DNA of 64,000 nucleotides from Hyphomicrobiales bacterium (GTDB lineage Bacteria; Pseudomonadota; Alphaproteobacteria; Rhizobiales; OSC116). The first letter of the stretch is position 1, and the number at the start of each line of letters is the position of its first letter. The position numbers were made by a program, and so were the translations under genes. The stretch is taken from positions 1,963 to 65,962 of the forward strand of contig JAOPTR010000022.1 in assembly GCA_051531935.1 (NCBI GenBank), read 5' to 3'. Below the pieces are notes generated by a model. The model ran no database searches. It saw only the letters and a list, made by a program, of their open reading frames with translations, and was not told the DNA's origin. Below are positions 49,098 to 59,990 of the stretch, in pieces.

Positions 49098-50012
49098 TTA
49101 TATATTGGAATGATTTTTGATTTTGCTAATGATGACGCGCGGGTTACTGCCTAGATCAAATGCCAAGCCGTTTGGGGCTTGTTGGTTTTTATCTGCTCTA
49201 TTTGGCATTTTGAACGATTGTGAATCGAACCCATGATCGGCCAGAATTTTAAACAGACCATCAGCCTGATCGAAGCCCATTTCGAAAATTAATATGCCAT
49301 TTGGCTTGAGGTAATGCGCGGCTTGTTTAATGATGATGTGATAAGGGTCTAGGCCATCATCACCGCCATCTAAAGCCGAAATTGGATCATATAATTTTAC
49401 ATTTTCATCCAGACTTTTGATATCTGCACTTGGAATGTAAGGCGGGTTTGATAGTATAATGTCGAATTGTTGCGGTTCTATATTGGTGAACCAATCGGAC
49501 TGAATGAATTTTGTGCGGTTTGCGAGGCCGAGATTATCGGCATTTTGGGTGGCAACTGACAGGGCTTTATCCGAAAAATCGGCACCTATGCCTGTGGCGT
49601 TTTTATATTCGCTAAGCAGGCTTAACAAGAGGCAACCTGAGCCAGTGCCAAGATCTAGAACGCGCAATGGCTTGGTGAGATTTGGTTGGAAATGCAATAG
49701 GGTTTCAATGAGGATTTCGCTATCTGCCCGTGGATCTAGAACATCTTCGCTAATGACGAAATCTAGGCCCCAAAATTCACGGGATTTTAGAATTTTCGAC
49801 ACAGGCATATGGTCTAGCGCTTGAGTTTCGGCGATTTTAAGCGTGGCTAATTGAGCTTCATCTATTATTGTGTTTTGTTGCAGGATGAATTGCGTGAAAT
49901 CCAACTGTAAAAAGTGGCAAATGAGCACGCGTGCGTCTAGCTCGGCAGTAGGATTGCCGATTGAAGCTAATTTTTGAGTGAGAAATTGGTGATATTGCGC
50001 AATTGTTTGCAA
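49098..50012 (-). CDS. prmC: Release-factor glutamine N5-methyltransferase
   Basis: VLDLGTGSGC SAM motif and catalytic SNPPYIPS. Lies immediately after prfA. I favour the TTG at 50012, 1 nt past the prfA stop; the ATG at 50060 would overlap prfA by 47 nt. Confidence 0.85.
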   Translation of the reverse strand: MQTIAQYHQFLTQKLASIGNPTAELDARVLICHFLQLDFTQFILQQNTIIDEAQLATLKIAETQALDHMPVSKILKSREFWGLDFVISEDVLDPRADSEILIETLLHFQPNLTKPLRVLDLGTGSGCLLLSLLSEYKNATGIGADFSDKALSVATQNADNLGLANRTKFIQSDWFTNIEPQQFDIILSNPPYIPSADIKSLDENVKLYDPISALDGGDDGLDPYHIIIKQAAHYLKPNGILIFEMGFDQADGLFKILADHGFDSQSFKMPNRADKNQQAPNGLAFDLGSNPRVIISKIKNHSNI

Positions 50013-50013
50013 T

Positions 50014-51093
50014 TTACATCTCTTCTTGTAGCGCTGAAAGCTTGCGGGCTTGATCATCATTAATCAAGGCGTTGATCATTTCGTGTAGGCCATCACCTGC
50101 GATGAGTTTATCGAGTTTATAGAGAGTGAGGTTGATGCGATGATCGGACACACGACCTTGTGGGAAGTTATAGGTACGAATGCGTTCTGAACGATCGCCA
50201 CTGCCGACTTGATCTTTACGATCGCCTGCGCGGATGTCGTGCAAGCGTTGGCGTTCTGCTTCGTAAATACGTGAGCGCAATACCATCATGCCCTTGGCAC
50301 GGTTTTTATGTTGGCTTTTTTCGTCTTGTTGCGACACAACAATGCCTGTGGGAATATGTGTGATGCGCACCGCACTATCGGTGGTATTTACTGATTGTCC
50401 GCCTGGACCTGAGGCACGGAAAACGTCGATACGTAGGTCTTTATCTTCGATATGTACGTCGACTTCTTCGGCTTCGGGCAACACAGCGACTGTTGCGGCT
50501 GATGTATGCACGCGGCCACCAGATTCGGTAGACGGCACACGTTGCACGCGGTGAACGCCAGACTCATATTTAAGTTTGGCGAAAACGCCTTTGCCCGTTA
50601 CGGTGGCAGTGATTTCTTTGAAACCGCCACGTTCTGAAGCGCTGGCAGTCATGGTTTCGACCTTCCAACCGTTAAGCGCAGCATAACGTTGATACATGCG
50701 GAACAAATCTCCTGCGAAAAGGGCAGCTTCATCGCCACCTGTACCTGCACGCACTTCTAAAATGGCGTTTTTCTCATCGGCCATGTCTTTTGGAAGCAGT
50801 TGAATTTGTAGATCATGCTCTAATGTAGGTAAAGTTTTTTCGAGGCTTAAGGCTTCTTCTTTGGCCATTTCGATCATTTCGGCATCTGAATCTTTGTCGT
50901 TCAGAATTTCTTTTAGATCTAAGATTTCTTGGCGGGTGTCCATAATCGCACGAAGCATTTCGACCACGGGTGCCAGATCGGCATGCTCTTTAGATAGGCT
51001 GACAAGCTTATCGGGCGCAGGGCCTGATGAAAGCTCTGATTCTACCGCATCGAAACGGCCGATTAATTGGTCTATTTTTTCTTGTTTGATCAT
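50014..51093 (-). CDS. prfA: Peptide chain release factor 1
   Basis: GGQ motif [20 protein letters not shown], and PST-type tripeptide region [16 protein letters not shown]. Confidence 0.95.
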   Translation of the reverse strand: MIKQEKIDQLIGRFDAVESELSSGPAPDKLVSLSKEHADLAPVVEMLRAIMDTRQEILDLKEILNDKDSDAEMIEMAKEEALSLEKTLPTLEHDLQIQLLPKDMADEKNAILEVRAGTGGDEAALFAGDLFRMYQRYAALNGWKVETMTASASERGGFKEITATVTGKGVFAKLKYESGVHRVQRVPSTESGGRVHTSAATVAVLPEAEEVDVHIEDKDLRIDVFRASGPGGQSVNTTDSAVRITHIPTGIVVSQQDEKSQHKNRAKGMMVLRSRIYEAERQRLHDIRAGDRKDQVGSGDRSERIRTYNFPQGRVSDHRINLTLYKLDKLIAGDGLHEMINALINDDQARKLSALQEEM

Positions 51094-51137
51094 AGCTTAC
51101 GCCTTACCCTGCCTTTTACGCCAGGGTAATTTCCTAT

Positions 51138-52709
51138 CTAATTTGTAATTTGATTTAAACGTTGTTCGATGAGAACAAGGTCTAATGTTTCATCTTCTGC
51201 GCCCAATTTACCGACTAATTTTTTGCCTTTATAGACTTCAATCGCACCAGCATTGGCGAGCGAAATAATCACGCCTTTGGTTTTGGGCAGGGTGATTATT
51301 TTTTCGGGTGTTAACTCGTCGGAGAATAAAATTTGAGCTGCGCTATCCTCGATCAATACCCAGCTATTTTTGGTAGCATGCAAACTGTATTTATTGACAT
51401 CTGAAGGGAGTTGAGACAGTGCTTCTTGAATTGGGTTTTCGGGTAGTTCGGCAGTTTTTGGTTCTGGTAAAGCTTTTGCGGCCTGCTCGGCAGCTTGTTT
51501 GGTCGCGTTTTCGATGGCGTCTTTTGTGGCTTGGGCAGCTTTTGCAAGCTCACTTGCTTTTGCCAAATCGTCATTATTATTGGTATCAATCACTTGGGTG
51601 ATGCTGTCACTGGCTTTAACGGCTGCGTTTTTAATGGCATCGGTGCCAGTGTCGATGGTTTCAGAAATAATATCGGTGATTTCTGTGTTTTTAGGCAAGG
51701 TTAAAGTGGGGGCTTCGGTTTTGCCATCATTGGTTTCTTGACCAATGAGAACCAGTGGTTTTTGCACCATTTCGGCAGTTGGTGCGCTTAAATCATCTGA
51801 CCCTTGTTTGAGCACTTTGCTTTCAAGTTGACCGATTTTATTGGCTTTTTGCGTTTCAGGAATGCGGTCAGTATCTTTGGTAATATTGGTGGTGGCCTCG
51901 TTAAGGTTCGCCACTTGCTCGGATTCAGGGCTTGCGCTAAATTGGGCATTTACAAAATAAATACCAACTGCGGCAAGTAAAATAACTGCAAATGATGCGC
52001 CTAGCTTTAGCCATGGCAATGAATTGGTTTGCGACGCCGAAGTGAAGGGCTCACCCGATAAATCGGCTTGCAAATGTAGTTCATTAGGCATTTCAGTTTG
52101 TGTTGTATTTTCGAACTGAGGTTCTGTGTGGCCTAGAGTTGCCTCGGCATACTCGATTGCGCGCTCATCACTTGGTTGCGTGGCGTGCATTTCGGCAGAG
52201 TTTTCAATTTCTAATCTGTTGGCGGCTTGAAGCGCGTTCACATCGGACGCATCGAGGGCTTCTAGAGTTTTGCGGGCTTCTTCGGCGAAAGCGTCTTCAT
52301 ATTGGCTTTCATCGTGAAAATCTATGGTTTCGGCATCTTGTGCGTCATCGGCATCATAGAAATTTTGTTTAAATTCTTCGAGAAAATCATCGGCATCGAG
52401 GCCTAAAAGTGAGGCATATGTATGTACATAATAATCGACATAATCTTGTTGTTCGATGTGCTGAAATTGGCCGTGCTCTAGGGCTTCTAGCTCGGTGAAA
52501 GATAGGCCTGTATGCTCATTTAAATCGCTAATATTATAGCCAAGAGCCTCGCGAGCTTGCTTGAACTTATCGCCTAAAGCGACTAAATTTTCGCGTTTTT
52601 GTTGCTTCTCTTCAGCCAACTTTTTACTCTCTTCTAAATCACTCGGCCAAAGTTTGCTTAGGGCAGAATGTTGATTTTCAATATTTTCAGAATTGGCATT
52701 ATCTGACAT
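51138..52709 (-). CDS. RodZ-like HTH / DUF4115 membrane protein
   Basis: N-terminal Xre-type HTH (LGDKFKQAREALGYNISDLNEHTGLSFTELEALEHG), a single TM (LKLGASFAVILLAAVGIYFV), a long low-complexity linker, and a C-terminal beta-rich segment (HATKNSWVLIEDSAAQILFSDEL...IEVYKGKKLV) resembling DUF4115. Confidence 0.6.
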   Translation of the reverse strand: MSDNANSENIENQHSALSKLWPSDLEESKKLAEEKQQKRENLVALGDKFKQAREALGYNISDLNEHTGLSFTELEALEHGQFQHIEQQDYVDYYVHTYASLLGLDADDFLEEFKQNFYDADDAQDAETIDFHDESQYEDAFAEEARKTLEALDASDVNALQAANRLEIENSAEMHATQPSDERAIEYAEATLGHTEPQFENTTQTEMPNELHLQADLSGEPFTSASQTNSLPWLKLGASFAVILLAAVGIYFVNAQFSASPESEQVANLNEATTNITKDTDRIPETQKANKIGQLESKVLKQGSDDLSAPTAEMVQKPLVLIGQETNDGKTEAPTLTLPKNTEITDIISETIDTGTDAIKNAAVKASDSITQVIDTNNNDDLAKASELAKAAQATKDAIENATKQAAEQAAKALPEPKTAELPENPIQEALSQLPSDVNKYSLHATKNSWVLIEDSAAQILFSDELTPEKIITLPKTKGVIISLANAGAIEVYKGKKLVGKLGAEDETLDLVLIEQRLNQITN

Positions 52710-52802
52710 GAATATGGCTTTTTTTATCTGTTTAGACGCTTATTTTAATTTATATAGTTAAGGAAGACCAGTTCTTTTTACGCTTTGTTAATATTCATCA
52801 AA

Positions 52803-55157
52803 TTAAATGCTGATTTTTACATTATTTTCGGCGATATAATCGGATATCAAATCGTTAATACCTTCGCTCGCATCATCAAGATGGGCATTGAGGAACTCTG
52901 AAAAATTATTGATGTCTAATGATCTGATCATCATTTTAACAGGCCCGATGGTTGAGCTGTTCATGGACAGGTTTTTAAAGCCAATGCCCAATAAAGCCAG
53001 AGCCAATTTTGGTTTGCCAGCAATTTCACCACATAGAGATAGAGGGATATTTGCCTGTTCTGCCGCCACAACGATGGTGCGCAACATACTTAAAATCGGG
53101 GTGGTGAGGCTGTGGTAGCGGCCTTGCAATAGTGGGTTTCCACGATCGGCCGCATAGGTGAATTGCAATAAATCGTTGCTGCCAACTGACGCGAAATCGG
53201 CCTCTTTGAACAAAGCAGGCAATTGCCAAAGCAAAGCCGGGACTTCGATCATGAGACCCAAATTGACTTTTGTTGGCATGCCGATATTTTTGGATGCCAA
53301 TATTTCTTTTTCTTTTTCGACAAATTGTTTTGCAGCGCGAAATTCGGAAATGTCGGTAATCATGGGGAACATGATGTTAAGCTCGTACCCACGTGCGGCC
53401 ATAAGCAAAGCACGCAATTGATGGCGAAAAATACCTGGGCGATCGAGTGCCATGCGGATGGCACGCCAACCAAGGGCGGGGTTTTCTTCTTTGGTGCTAC
53501 GAATATAGGGCAGAACTTTATCGCCACCGACATCGAAGGTGCGGAAAGTGATTTTTTTATCGCCCAATTGCTTGAAGGCTTTGAGGTAATTTGCAGTGAG
53601 AGCATCTTTACGCGGGTATTTTGAAAGCAACATTAATTGCACTTCGGTGCGGTAAAGGCCAATGCCTTGGGCGCCACTTTCATCAAAATGTTCTAAATCG
53701 GCATCGAGGCCTGCGTTAATCATCAGGTTGATATGTTGCTGATCGACTGATTGGGCGGGTAAATGGCGTATTTTTGCGTATTCTTGTTGTTTTTCGGCAA
53801 AAAGAGCTTTTTTATCGTTAAAGGCTTCGGCTACATCTTTTGACGGGCGGATGTATAATTCTCCGCCTTCAGCATCAATGATGGCTTGGTCGTCTTGTTC
53901 GATATAATTGAAGATATCGGTGACGCTACCAATGGCAGGGATGCCCATGGCGCGTGCGACTATGCCTGCATGGCTGTTGGCTGCACCTTCTTCTAACACC
54001 AAGCCTTTTAATTTGTCTTTATCGTAATCGAGTAGCTCGGCAGGGCCAAGGTTACGGGCGACTAAAATGGCGTCATCGGGTAAATCGGCCGATACGGAGG
54101 TGGCTAGATTGTTGGTGAGTATGCGCAATAAGCGGTTGCCCAGATCGTCTAGATCGTGCAATCGCTCGCGCAAATATGGGTCGGTTTGGCGCAACATACG
54201 GGCGCGGGTGGCAATTTGTACTTTCTCGACGGCAATCTCGGCCGTGAGGCCTTGGGTGAGTGCTTCGTGAATTTTACGCTTCCAACCACGGTCGTTGGCG
54301 AACATAAGATAAGTTTCTAGAATGTCGCGATGTTCGCCAGTGCGGGCAAGATCGGGATGTTCTAACATATCGGATATCGAAGCACGCAAGGCTTTGATGG
54401 CTTTGCTGACGCGTTTATGCTCGGCCTCGACATCATCGGCAATGAGGTTGGTGATTTTAATTTTAGGTTCATGCAGTACCACATGGCCAATGGCAATGCC
54501 GTGCGAAAATGATATGCCTTTTAAATTTACCGGCATGCTGTGGGTTGCATCGACAATTTCTGGTTTGTCATCTTGACCGCTGACGAGGCCTGAAAGATTG
54601 ATGCTTTTACTGGTTGAAATAACTTCGGCCAGCAACATGGATACGGTATATAAAACTTCGCATTCTTCCTCGGAATATATACGCATGCTTTTATTTTGCA
54701 CGGTCAATACACCGATGGATATGCCATGTTTTAGAATGGGCACACCAAGGAAGCTATGATAAACATCTTCGCCAGTTTCGGGCAGGAACATGAAATTATC
54801 GTGCGAACGGGCATTGGCTAAATTTAAATGATTTGCTGTTTTTGCAATGTGACTTACCAAGCCTTGGCCTGCGGGCATTTTTGCATTATGCACGGCGTCT
54901 TTATTAAGGCCTTCGGTGGCAAATAATTCTAGTTCACCAGTATTGAGAACCAGATAAATTGAACACACCTCGGCCTGCATATTGGTTGAAACCAACAGGG
55001 TGATTTTGTCGAGGCGTTCTTGGTCGTCGACATCTGACGCCATAATTACTCGTAGATCGCGCAGAATTTGGTGCGGCCCCGCGGCTAACAAGCTCATGGG
55101 TTCACCAGAATTTACATTCAGGATCTGTGGTGGATTATTTATGTCATTATCGCTCAA
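52803..55157 (-). CDS. ptsP: Phosphoenolpyruvate-protein phosphotransferase PtsP (EI-Ntr, GAF domain plus EI)
   Basis: 784 aa. N-terminal GAF-like domain, phospho-His region GAANSHAGIVARAMGIPA, and C-terminal FASVGSNDLLQF and PLSLCGE. Confidence 0.9.
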   Translation of the reverse strand: MSDNDINNPPQILNVNSGEPMSLLAAGPHQILRDLRVIMASDVDDQERLDKITLLVSTNMQAEVCSIYLVLNTGELELFATEGLNKDAVHNAKMPAGQGLVSHIAKTANHLNLANARSHDNFMFLPETGEDVYHSFLGVPILKHGISIGVLTVQNKSMRIYSEEECEVLYTVSMLLAEVISTSKSINLSGLVSGQDDKPEIVDATHSMPVNLKGISFSHGIAIGHVVLHEPKIKITNLIADDVEAEHKRVSKAIKALRASISDMLEHPDLARTGEHRDILETYLMFANDRGWKRKIHEALTQGLTAEIAVEKVQIATRARMLRQTDPYLRERLHDLDDLGNRLLRILTNNLATSVSADLPDDAILVARNLGPAELLDYDKDKLKGLVLEEGAANSHAGIVARAMGIPAIGSVTDIFNYIEQDDQAIIDAEGGELYIRPSKDVAEAFNDKKALFAEKQQEYAKIRHLPAQSVDQQHINLMINAGLDADLEHFDESGAQGIGLYRTEVQLMLLSKYPRKDALTANYLKAFKQLGDKKITFRTFDVGGDKVLPYIRSTKEENPALGWRAIRMALDRPGIFRHQLRALLMAARGYELNIMFPMITDISEFRAAKQFVEKEKEILASKNIGMPTKVNLGLMIEVPALLWQLPALFKEADFASVGSNDLLQFTYAADRGNPLLQGRYHSLTTPILSMLRTIVVAAEQANIPLSLCGEIAGKPKLALALLGIGFKNLSMNSSTIGPVKMMIRSLDINNFSEFLNAHLDDASEGINDLISDYIAENNVKISI

Positions 55158-55247
55158 AATTTGGCCTTTTGGTCACGAGCTATCCATCATTAAAAATGAT
55201 TCGAACCGCCGCAATGCTCATTATATGGATTATTGCGGATTTGTAAA

Positions 55248-56534
55248 TTAATTCACATCCAAATCATATGCGGTGTGCAATGCGCGCACTGCCAATTCGA
55301 TATATTCGGCGTCGATTAAAACTGAAACTTTGATCTCACTTGTGGTGATGGCAATGATGTTAATGCCCTTCTTAGCCAAGGTTTCGAACATTTTTGCAGC
55401 CACACCTGCATGGGAGCGCATGCCCACACCAATGACCGATATTTTAACAATATTGGTAGAGGCAAGTATTTTTTCATAACCAATGTTTTCGGCATTTTCT
55501 TCGATGACTTTTTGCGCTTTCTCGAGGCTATCGGAAGGCACAGTGAAAGTCATATTTGTGAATTTACCGTCTTCTGATACATTCTGCACAATCATATCGA
55601 CATTGACATTGGCTTCGGACAATGGCGTGAAAATACGGGCTGAAATGCCGGGGCGGTCAGATATATTAACCAGTGTGAGCTTGGCTTCATCTTTTGAATA
55701 AGTGATGCCACTTACAAGTTCTTGTTCCATAATTTCATCCTCATCGCATACCAAGGTACCTGGGTGGTTGCTGATACCTGTTTTTAAATTTTTAAAATCA
55801 TCGTCACGCGTTGGGCGTGCGGTTTCTGGGTCTTCAAAGCTTGAGCGTACGGCAAGGCGTACTTTGTGTATCATTGCTAACTCGACAGAACGTGTGAGCA
55901 AGACTTTAGCGCCTAATGATGCCATTTCGAGCATTTCTTCATAGGAGACGCGTTGTAATTTTTTGGCATTGGGCACAATGCGGGGGTCGGTGGTGTAAAC
56001 GCCATCGACATCGGTGTAAATATCGCAAATATCGGCATTGATGGCTGCAGCAATGGCAACGGCAGTTGTGTCTGAACCGCCACGGCCTAAAGTTGTGATG
56101 CGGCCATCTTCGGCCAAGCCTTGGAAACCTGCAATGACAGCCACTTGGCTTTCATCTTCCATACGTTTGATGATGTCTGTGCCGTCAATATCTTCTATCC
56201 GCGCCGCGCCATGGACTGACGATGTTTTAATGGGAATTTGCCAGCCGAGCCAAGATCTTGCATTTACGCCCATTGATTGCAGGATTATTGACAAAAGGCC
56301 GATGGTGATTTGCTCGCCTGTGGCGACAATGGCATCATATTCGCGCGCGTCATGCATGGGGCTTGCTTCACGTGTCCAATCGACTAATTGGTTGGTGGTA
56401 CCTGACATGGCGCTTAATACGACAGCCACTTGGTTGCCGCCATCAATTTCGCGCTTAACATGTTTGGCGACGTTGCGAATGCGGTCGATATCGGCCACGC
56501 TTGTGCCGCCAAATTTCATGACTATCCGTGCCAT
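55248..56534 (-). CDS. lysC: Aspartate kinase
   Basis: IVMKFGGTSVADIDRI, LGRGGSDTTAVA, DVDGVYTTDPR, and two C-terminal ACT-like repeats. Confidence 0.95.
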   Translation of the reverse strand: MARIVMKFGGTSVADIDRIRNVAKHVKREIDGGNQVAVVLSAMSGTTNQLVDWTREASPMHDAREYDAIVATGEQITIGLLSIILQSMGVNARSWLGWQIPIKTSSVHGAARIEDIDGTDIIKRMEDESQVAVIAGFQGLAEDGRITTLGRGGSDTTAVAIAAAINADICDIYTDVDGVYTTDPRIVPNAKKLQRVSYEEMLEMASLGAKVLLTRSVELAMIHKVRLAVRSSFEDPETARPTRDDDFKNLKTGISNHPGTLVCDEDEIMEQELVSGITYSKDEAKLTLVNISDRPGISARIFTPLSEANVNVDMIVQNVSEDGKFTNMTFTVPSDSLEKAQKVIEENAENIGYEKILASTNIVKISVIGVGMRSHAGVAAKMFETLAKKGINIIAITTSEIKVSVLIDAEYIELAVRALHTAYDLDVN

Positions 56535-56663
56535 AATTTATCCTACTTTATGTGCAGATTATTTTTGCAGAATATATAGAGGGAAATGGGAGTAAATGCA
56601 ACGAATTTTGGTTAGAATCGTTCTGATTTGGTTTGGCGCAATACTGTTACGCCATATTGTCGG

Positions 56664-57167
56664 CTAAGGGGCTAAATATTCGGGGGCATTATCTACCAAT
56701 TCATCTAGCGGGTAACCTGTGAATTCTTTGATATTTTGTAGCACCACAAAGCTTTTAACTGTAGCGGCATTGGTTTCGCTTAAAATGTCATCTGACAATT
56801 TGTTATATTCTTCCATATCCTTACAGATAAAACGGACATAATAATCGAACGAGCCTGACACTTTAAAACATTCGACAATGCGGGTGTGGCTGCGGGCATA
56901 TTGCTCGAATTGGACAAAGCTTTCTATATTGTGTGAACTAAGGGACACTTCGGCAATGACTGTATCGTGATGGCGTAATTTTGAAAGATCGACACGCGCC
57001 ATATAGCCTTTAATGATGCCCGATTTTTCGAGTTTGCGCATGCGTTGATGGCAAGGGCTGGCGCTTAGATTGACTTGCTCGGATAGGTCGGAGTTAGAAA
57101 TACGGCCATTTTTTTGCAATAATGATAATATTTTAACAAAAATACGATCCATTTTTATATGTGGCAT
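56664..57167 (-). CDS. Lrp/AsnC family transcriptional regulator
   Basis: MDRIFVKILSLLQKNGRISNSDLSEQVNLSASPCHQRMRKLEKSGIIKGY HTH plus a C-terminal RAM-like domain. SD ggagga lies upstream of the ATG at 57167. Confidence 0.85.
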   Translation of the reverse strand: MPHIKMDRIFVKILSLLQKNGRISNSDLSEQVNLSASPCHQRMRKLEKSGIIKGYMARVDLSKLRHHDTVIAEVSLSSHNIESFVQFEQYARSHTRIVECFKVSGSFDYYVRFICKDMEEYNKLSDDILSETNAATVKSFVVLQNIKEFTGYPLDELVDNAPEYLAP

Positions 57168-57198
57168 GATTCATTTCCTCCATATGATTTAGCGAAAA

Positions 57199-58011
57199 TT
57201 AGATTATTGAAACTTCGCCATCTTTAACTATGATGGTTTGATTTTTGGCGTCTGCCACCCAAGTTGCGGTTGCGGGCGCAGGTGGTGGATTGCTGGCCCT
57301 AAAGGCTTCTTGCTCGAGCTGTAATTTTTTATTCATCATGGCGCTGTGTAATTGTTCGGTAAAATCTTCACGTTCTAAATCTTTATCAATTAACGGCATA
57401 AATTCTATGACCACTTTGCCTGGATGGCGTAGAAAGCTATTGCGCGACCAAAAAAGACCTGCATTTTGTGCGACAGGCAAGCAATCTAGGTGCAGCGCTT
57501 CGTATATGGCAATGACGCCTTGTTTTAGTTTGAGCACTTCTCCTGGGGCAACGCGTGTGCCTTCGGGGAAGATCATCACTTGGCCATTATCTAAGATGCG
57601 AGATTTTGAGGCTTCGACAATGAATTTGATGGTTTTGGCACGGCCACCACGCACGATGGGAATGAAACGCAATTTATATAAAGCCCAACCAAAGGCAGGA
57701 ATGCGGCCAAGGCTGACTTTAAACATCATAAGTGGGAATTTTAGATATTTGGCCAATAAGATGATTTCTAAGAAGCTTTGGTGATTACAAGCCACAATAA
57801 CTTTGCTTTCGGGGATGTTGTTTAGGCCACGCGCCTCGATTTCGATGTTACAAATCCATTTGAGTAAATATGGCACTTGGTTTGCCCATGTGACCATGAC
57901 CCAACGCGTCATAGCTTTGGGGAAAGGCAATGCAATGATACAGACCACGAGCCAACAAATCATATGAGCGTAAAAGACGACGTTAAAAACCAGTGAGCGT
58001 ATAAAAAGCAT
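57199..58011 (-). CDS. plsC: 1-acyl-sn-glycerol-3-phosphate acyltransferase family protein
   Basis: Acyltransferase blocks ACNHQSFLE (an H-x4-E variant of H-x4-D) and IFPEGTR. ATG at 58011 with SD aggga, 13 nt after the lysR-family stop. Confidence 0.8.
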   Translation of the reverse strand: MLFIRSLVFNVVFYAHMICWLVVCIIALPFPKAMTRWVMVTWANQVPYLLKWICNIEIEARGLNNIPESKVIVACNHQSFLEIILLAKYLKFPLMMFKVSLGRIPAFGWALYKLRFIPIVRGGRAKTIKFIVEASKSRILDNGQVMIFPEGTRVAPGEVLKLKQGVIAIYEALHLDCLPVAQNAGLFWSRNSFLRHPGKVVIEFMPLIDKDLEREDFTEQLHSAMMNKKLQLEQEAFRASNPPPAPATATWVADAKNQTIIVKDGEVSII

Positions 58012-58024
58012 AAGAATCCCTAAA

Positions 58025-58930
58025 TTATATTTTGCTAAAATAGTCGCAAAGTTGATCGTAAACAAGCCTTATTCGGCGAGAGGTTTTAAGCTCGCGGTGG
58101 GCAGTGAGCCAGACGGGCATGGTGCCGAGTTCAAATTCGGGCAATATACGGTGCAAATCGGGCTGATTTTGGCAAGAGCTTATGAGCTGGAAGCTTATGC
58201 CTAGCCCCGCTTTAAGGCTCTGCCATGAAACTTCATGGGTGTCTGATCTAATTTTAAAAAAATCTCGATCTATGGTTTTTCCGTTCAACTTTATGCCGAG
58301 CTGTTTAAAGCCATCTATAATCATTGTTTCGCGGTCATAGCCAATGAAATCATGGGTGAAGAAATTATCTATATTTGCTATGGATAATTGAATGGCTTCT
58401 TGAAAGCGCGGGTAATTTTCGCTAACAAAAATACCCATTTCCAAATCGTTGACTTTGCGGCTTATTAAATCATCCTGATGTGGTTGATACATGCGAATGG
58501 CGATGTCTGCCTCGCGCTCTAGTAGATTGTCGGTGCCGTTATTGGCGACGATTTCGAAGCTAATTTCGGGATGTTTGTGTTTGATCTTGAAAATTGCTTT
58601 GGGTAGGTGGTTTACGGCAACCATTTCGGATGCGGTGATGCGGATGGTGCCCGCCACCTGCTGCGATTTGCCTGCTGCGATGAGGCTGATATTATCGGCA
58701 TATTGTTTCATGTTTTTGGCTTGCTCGGCCAATTGCATACCTAATTCGGTGATTTTATAGCCTTTTTGGGTGCGGTCGAACAGGCGAATGTCGAGTTTGG
58801 TTTCGAGCTGTTCAATATGCCTGCCAATGGTGGGTTGGGTGCTGCCCAAGGAGTTTGCAGCTTTGGAGAGGCTGCCCAGATTAGCCACTGCTAAAAAACT
58901 ATTTAAGAGATTCCAATCTAAATTTTGCAT
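58025..58930 (-). CDS. LysR family transcriptional regulator
   Basis: N-terminal wHTH LNSFLAVANLGSLSKAANSLGSTQPTIGRHIEQLE plus a LysR substrate-binding half. Divergent from the epimerase-like gene. Confidence 0.85.
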   Translation of the reverse strand: MQNLDWNLLNSFLAVANLGSLSKAANSLGSTQPTIGRHIEQLETKLDIRLFDRTQKGYKITELGMQLAEQAKNMKQYADNISLIAAGKSQQVAGTIRITASEMVAVNHLPKAIFKIKHKHPEISFEIVANNGTDNLLEREADIAIRMYQPHQDDLISRKVNDLEMGIFVSENYPRFQEAIQLSIANIDNFFTHDFIGYDRETMIIDGFKQLGIKLNGKTIDRDFFKIRSDTHEVSWQSLKAGLGISFQLISSCQNQPDLHRILPEFELGTMPVWLTAHRELKTSRRIRLVYDQLCDYFSKI

Positions 58931-59036
58931 TCATCACCTATTCATTATTGTATATCTATATAACATATTTGGCAGCTATTTATATATAAATGTTTGGATT
59001 AAATTGGTCTCAACTTAATTATGAATGGAGAATGAT

Positions 59037-59990
59037 ATGAAAAAAGCATTAGTTTTAGGCGTAACTGGTAATTTTGGCGGCGCTCATGCCCAAGCTTTGT
59101 TAGATGATGGCTGGCATGTGAATTTATTGTTGCGCTCGCCTGATAAATTTAAGCATGCAGACATGATGAACCATGCCAATGTGAGCATATTTAAAGGTGA
59201 TGCGATGAATATGGCTGACCTTTTACGGGCGGGTTCAGCGTGTGACGCGATTGTTCATGGAATTAACATGCCATATGATAAATGGATTGAGCTCATGCCT
59301 AAAATTACTGACAATGTGCTAAGTGCGGCTCACAAATTAAATGCGACGATATTATTCGCTGGCAATATTTACAATTTTTCACCTGAAGATGGCCCTATAT
59401 ATGATGAGCAGACGCCACAGAACCCGATCACTAAAAAGGGTGCTTTTCGGAAGCGGTTAGAGCAAGATATGGCTGATTTTGCCCGCGCCAATGCGGTGCA
59501 GACAATTGTATTGCGGGCAGGGGATTATTGGGGGCCAGATTCTAGCGACAGTAGCATGTTTAAATATTTGGTTTTAGATAATGTTGCCAAGGGTAAGATA
59601 TCTTTATCTGGCGACGCCGACAAAAAACACGCTTGGGCTTATTTGCCAGATGTGGGCAGAATTGGTGTCGCTTTGTTAAACCGTAGAGCTGACCTTGGTT
59701 TGTTTGAGATTTTTCACAGTGAAGGCCATACTTTAACAGGGCAAGAAATGGTGGATGCTGTGCGAAAAGTTTGGCAAAAACCCTTGAAAATTGGTAAGTT
59801 TCCATGGGGTTTGATATGGGTTCTAGGCATATTTAACAAAACAATGCACGAAATGTTGGAAATGCGGTTTATGGCGAATGTGCACCAGAGCTTAAACCAA
59901 GACAAGCTTGTGAAGTTGCTTGGAGATGTGCCACATACGCCATTGCCAGAAGCGTTGAAAGCCACATTTAGAGCGCATAAGTTGCTTTAA
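59037..59990 (+). CDS. NAD-dependent epimerase/dehydratase family (atypical SDR) protein
   Basis: Rossmann motif KALVLGVTGNFGG. About 317 aa. ATG at 59037 with SD ggaga. Confidence 0.75.
   Translation: MKKALVLGVTGNFGGAHAQALLDDGWHVNLLLRSPDKFKHADMMNHANVSIFKGDAMNMADLLRAGSACDAIVHGINMPYDKWIELMPKITDNVLSAAHKLNATILFAGNIYNFSPEDGPIYDEQTPQNPITKKGAFRKRLEQDMADFARANAVQTIVLRAGDYWGPDSSDSSMFKYLVLDNVAKGKISLSGDADKKHAWAYLPDVGRIGVALLNRRADLGLFEIFHSEGHTLTGQEMVDAVRKVWQKPLKIGKFPWGLIWVLGIFNKTMHEMLEMRFMANVHQSLNQDKLVKLLGDVPHTPLPEALKATFRAHKLL

Noticed and set aside
49098-50060. 47-nt overlap between prfA and prmC implied by the ORF-track start
   Set aside because: A TTG at 50012, 1 nt after the prfA stop, gives an N-terminus of normal length for PrmC. 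The long overlap is not required. The start remains unverified.
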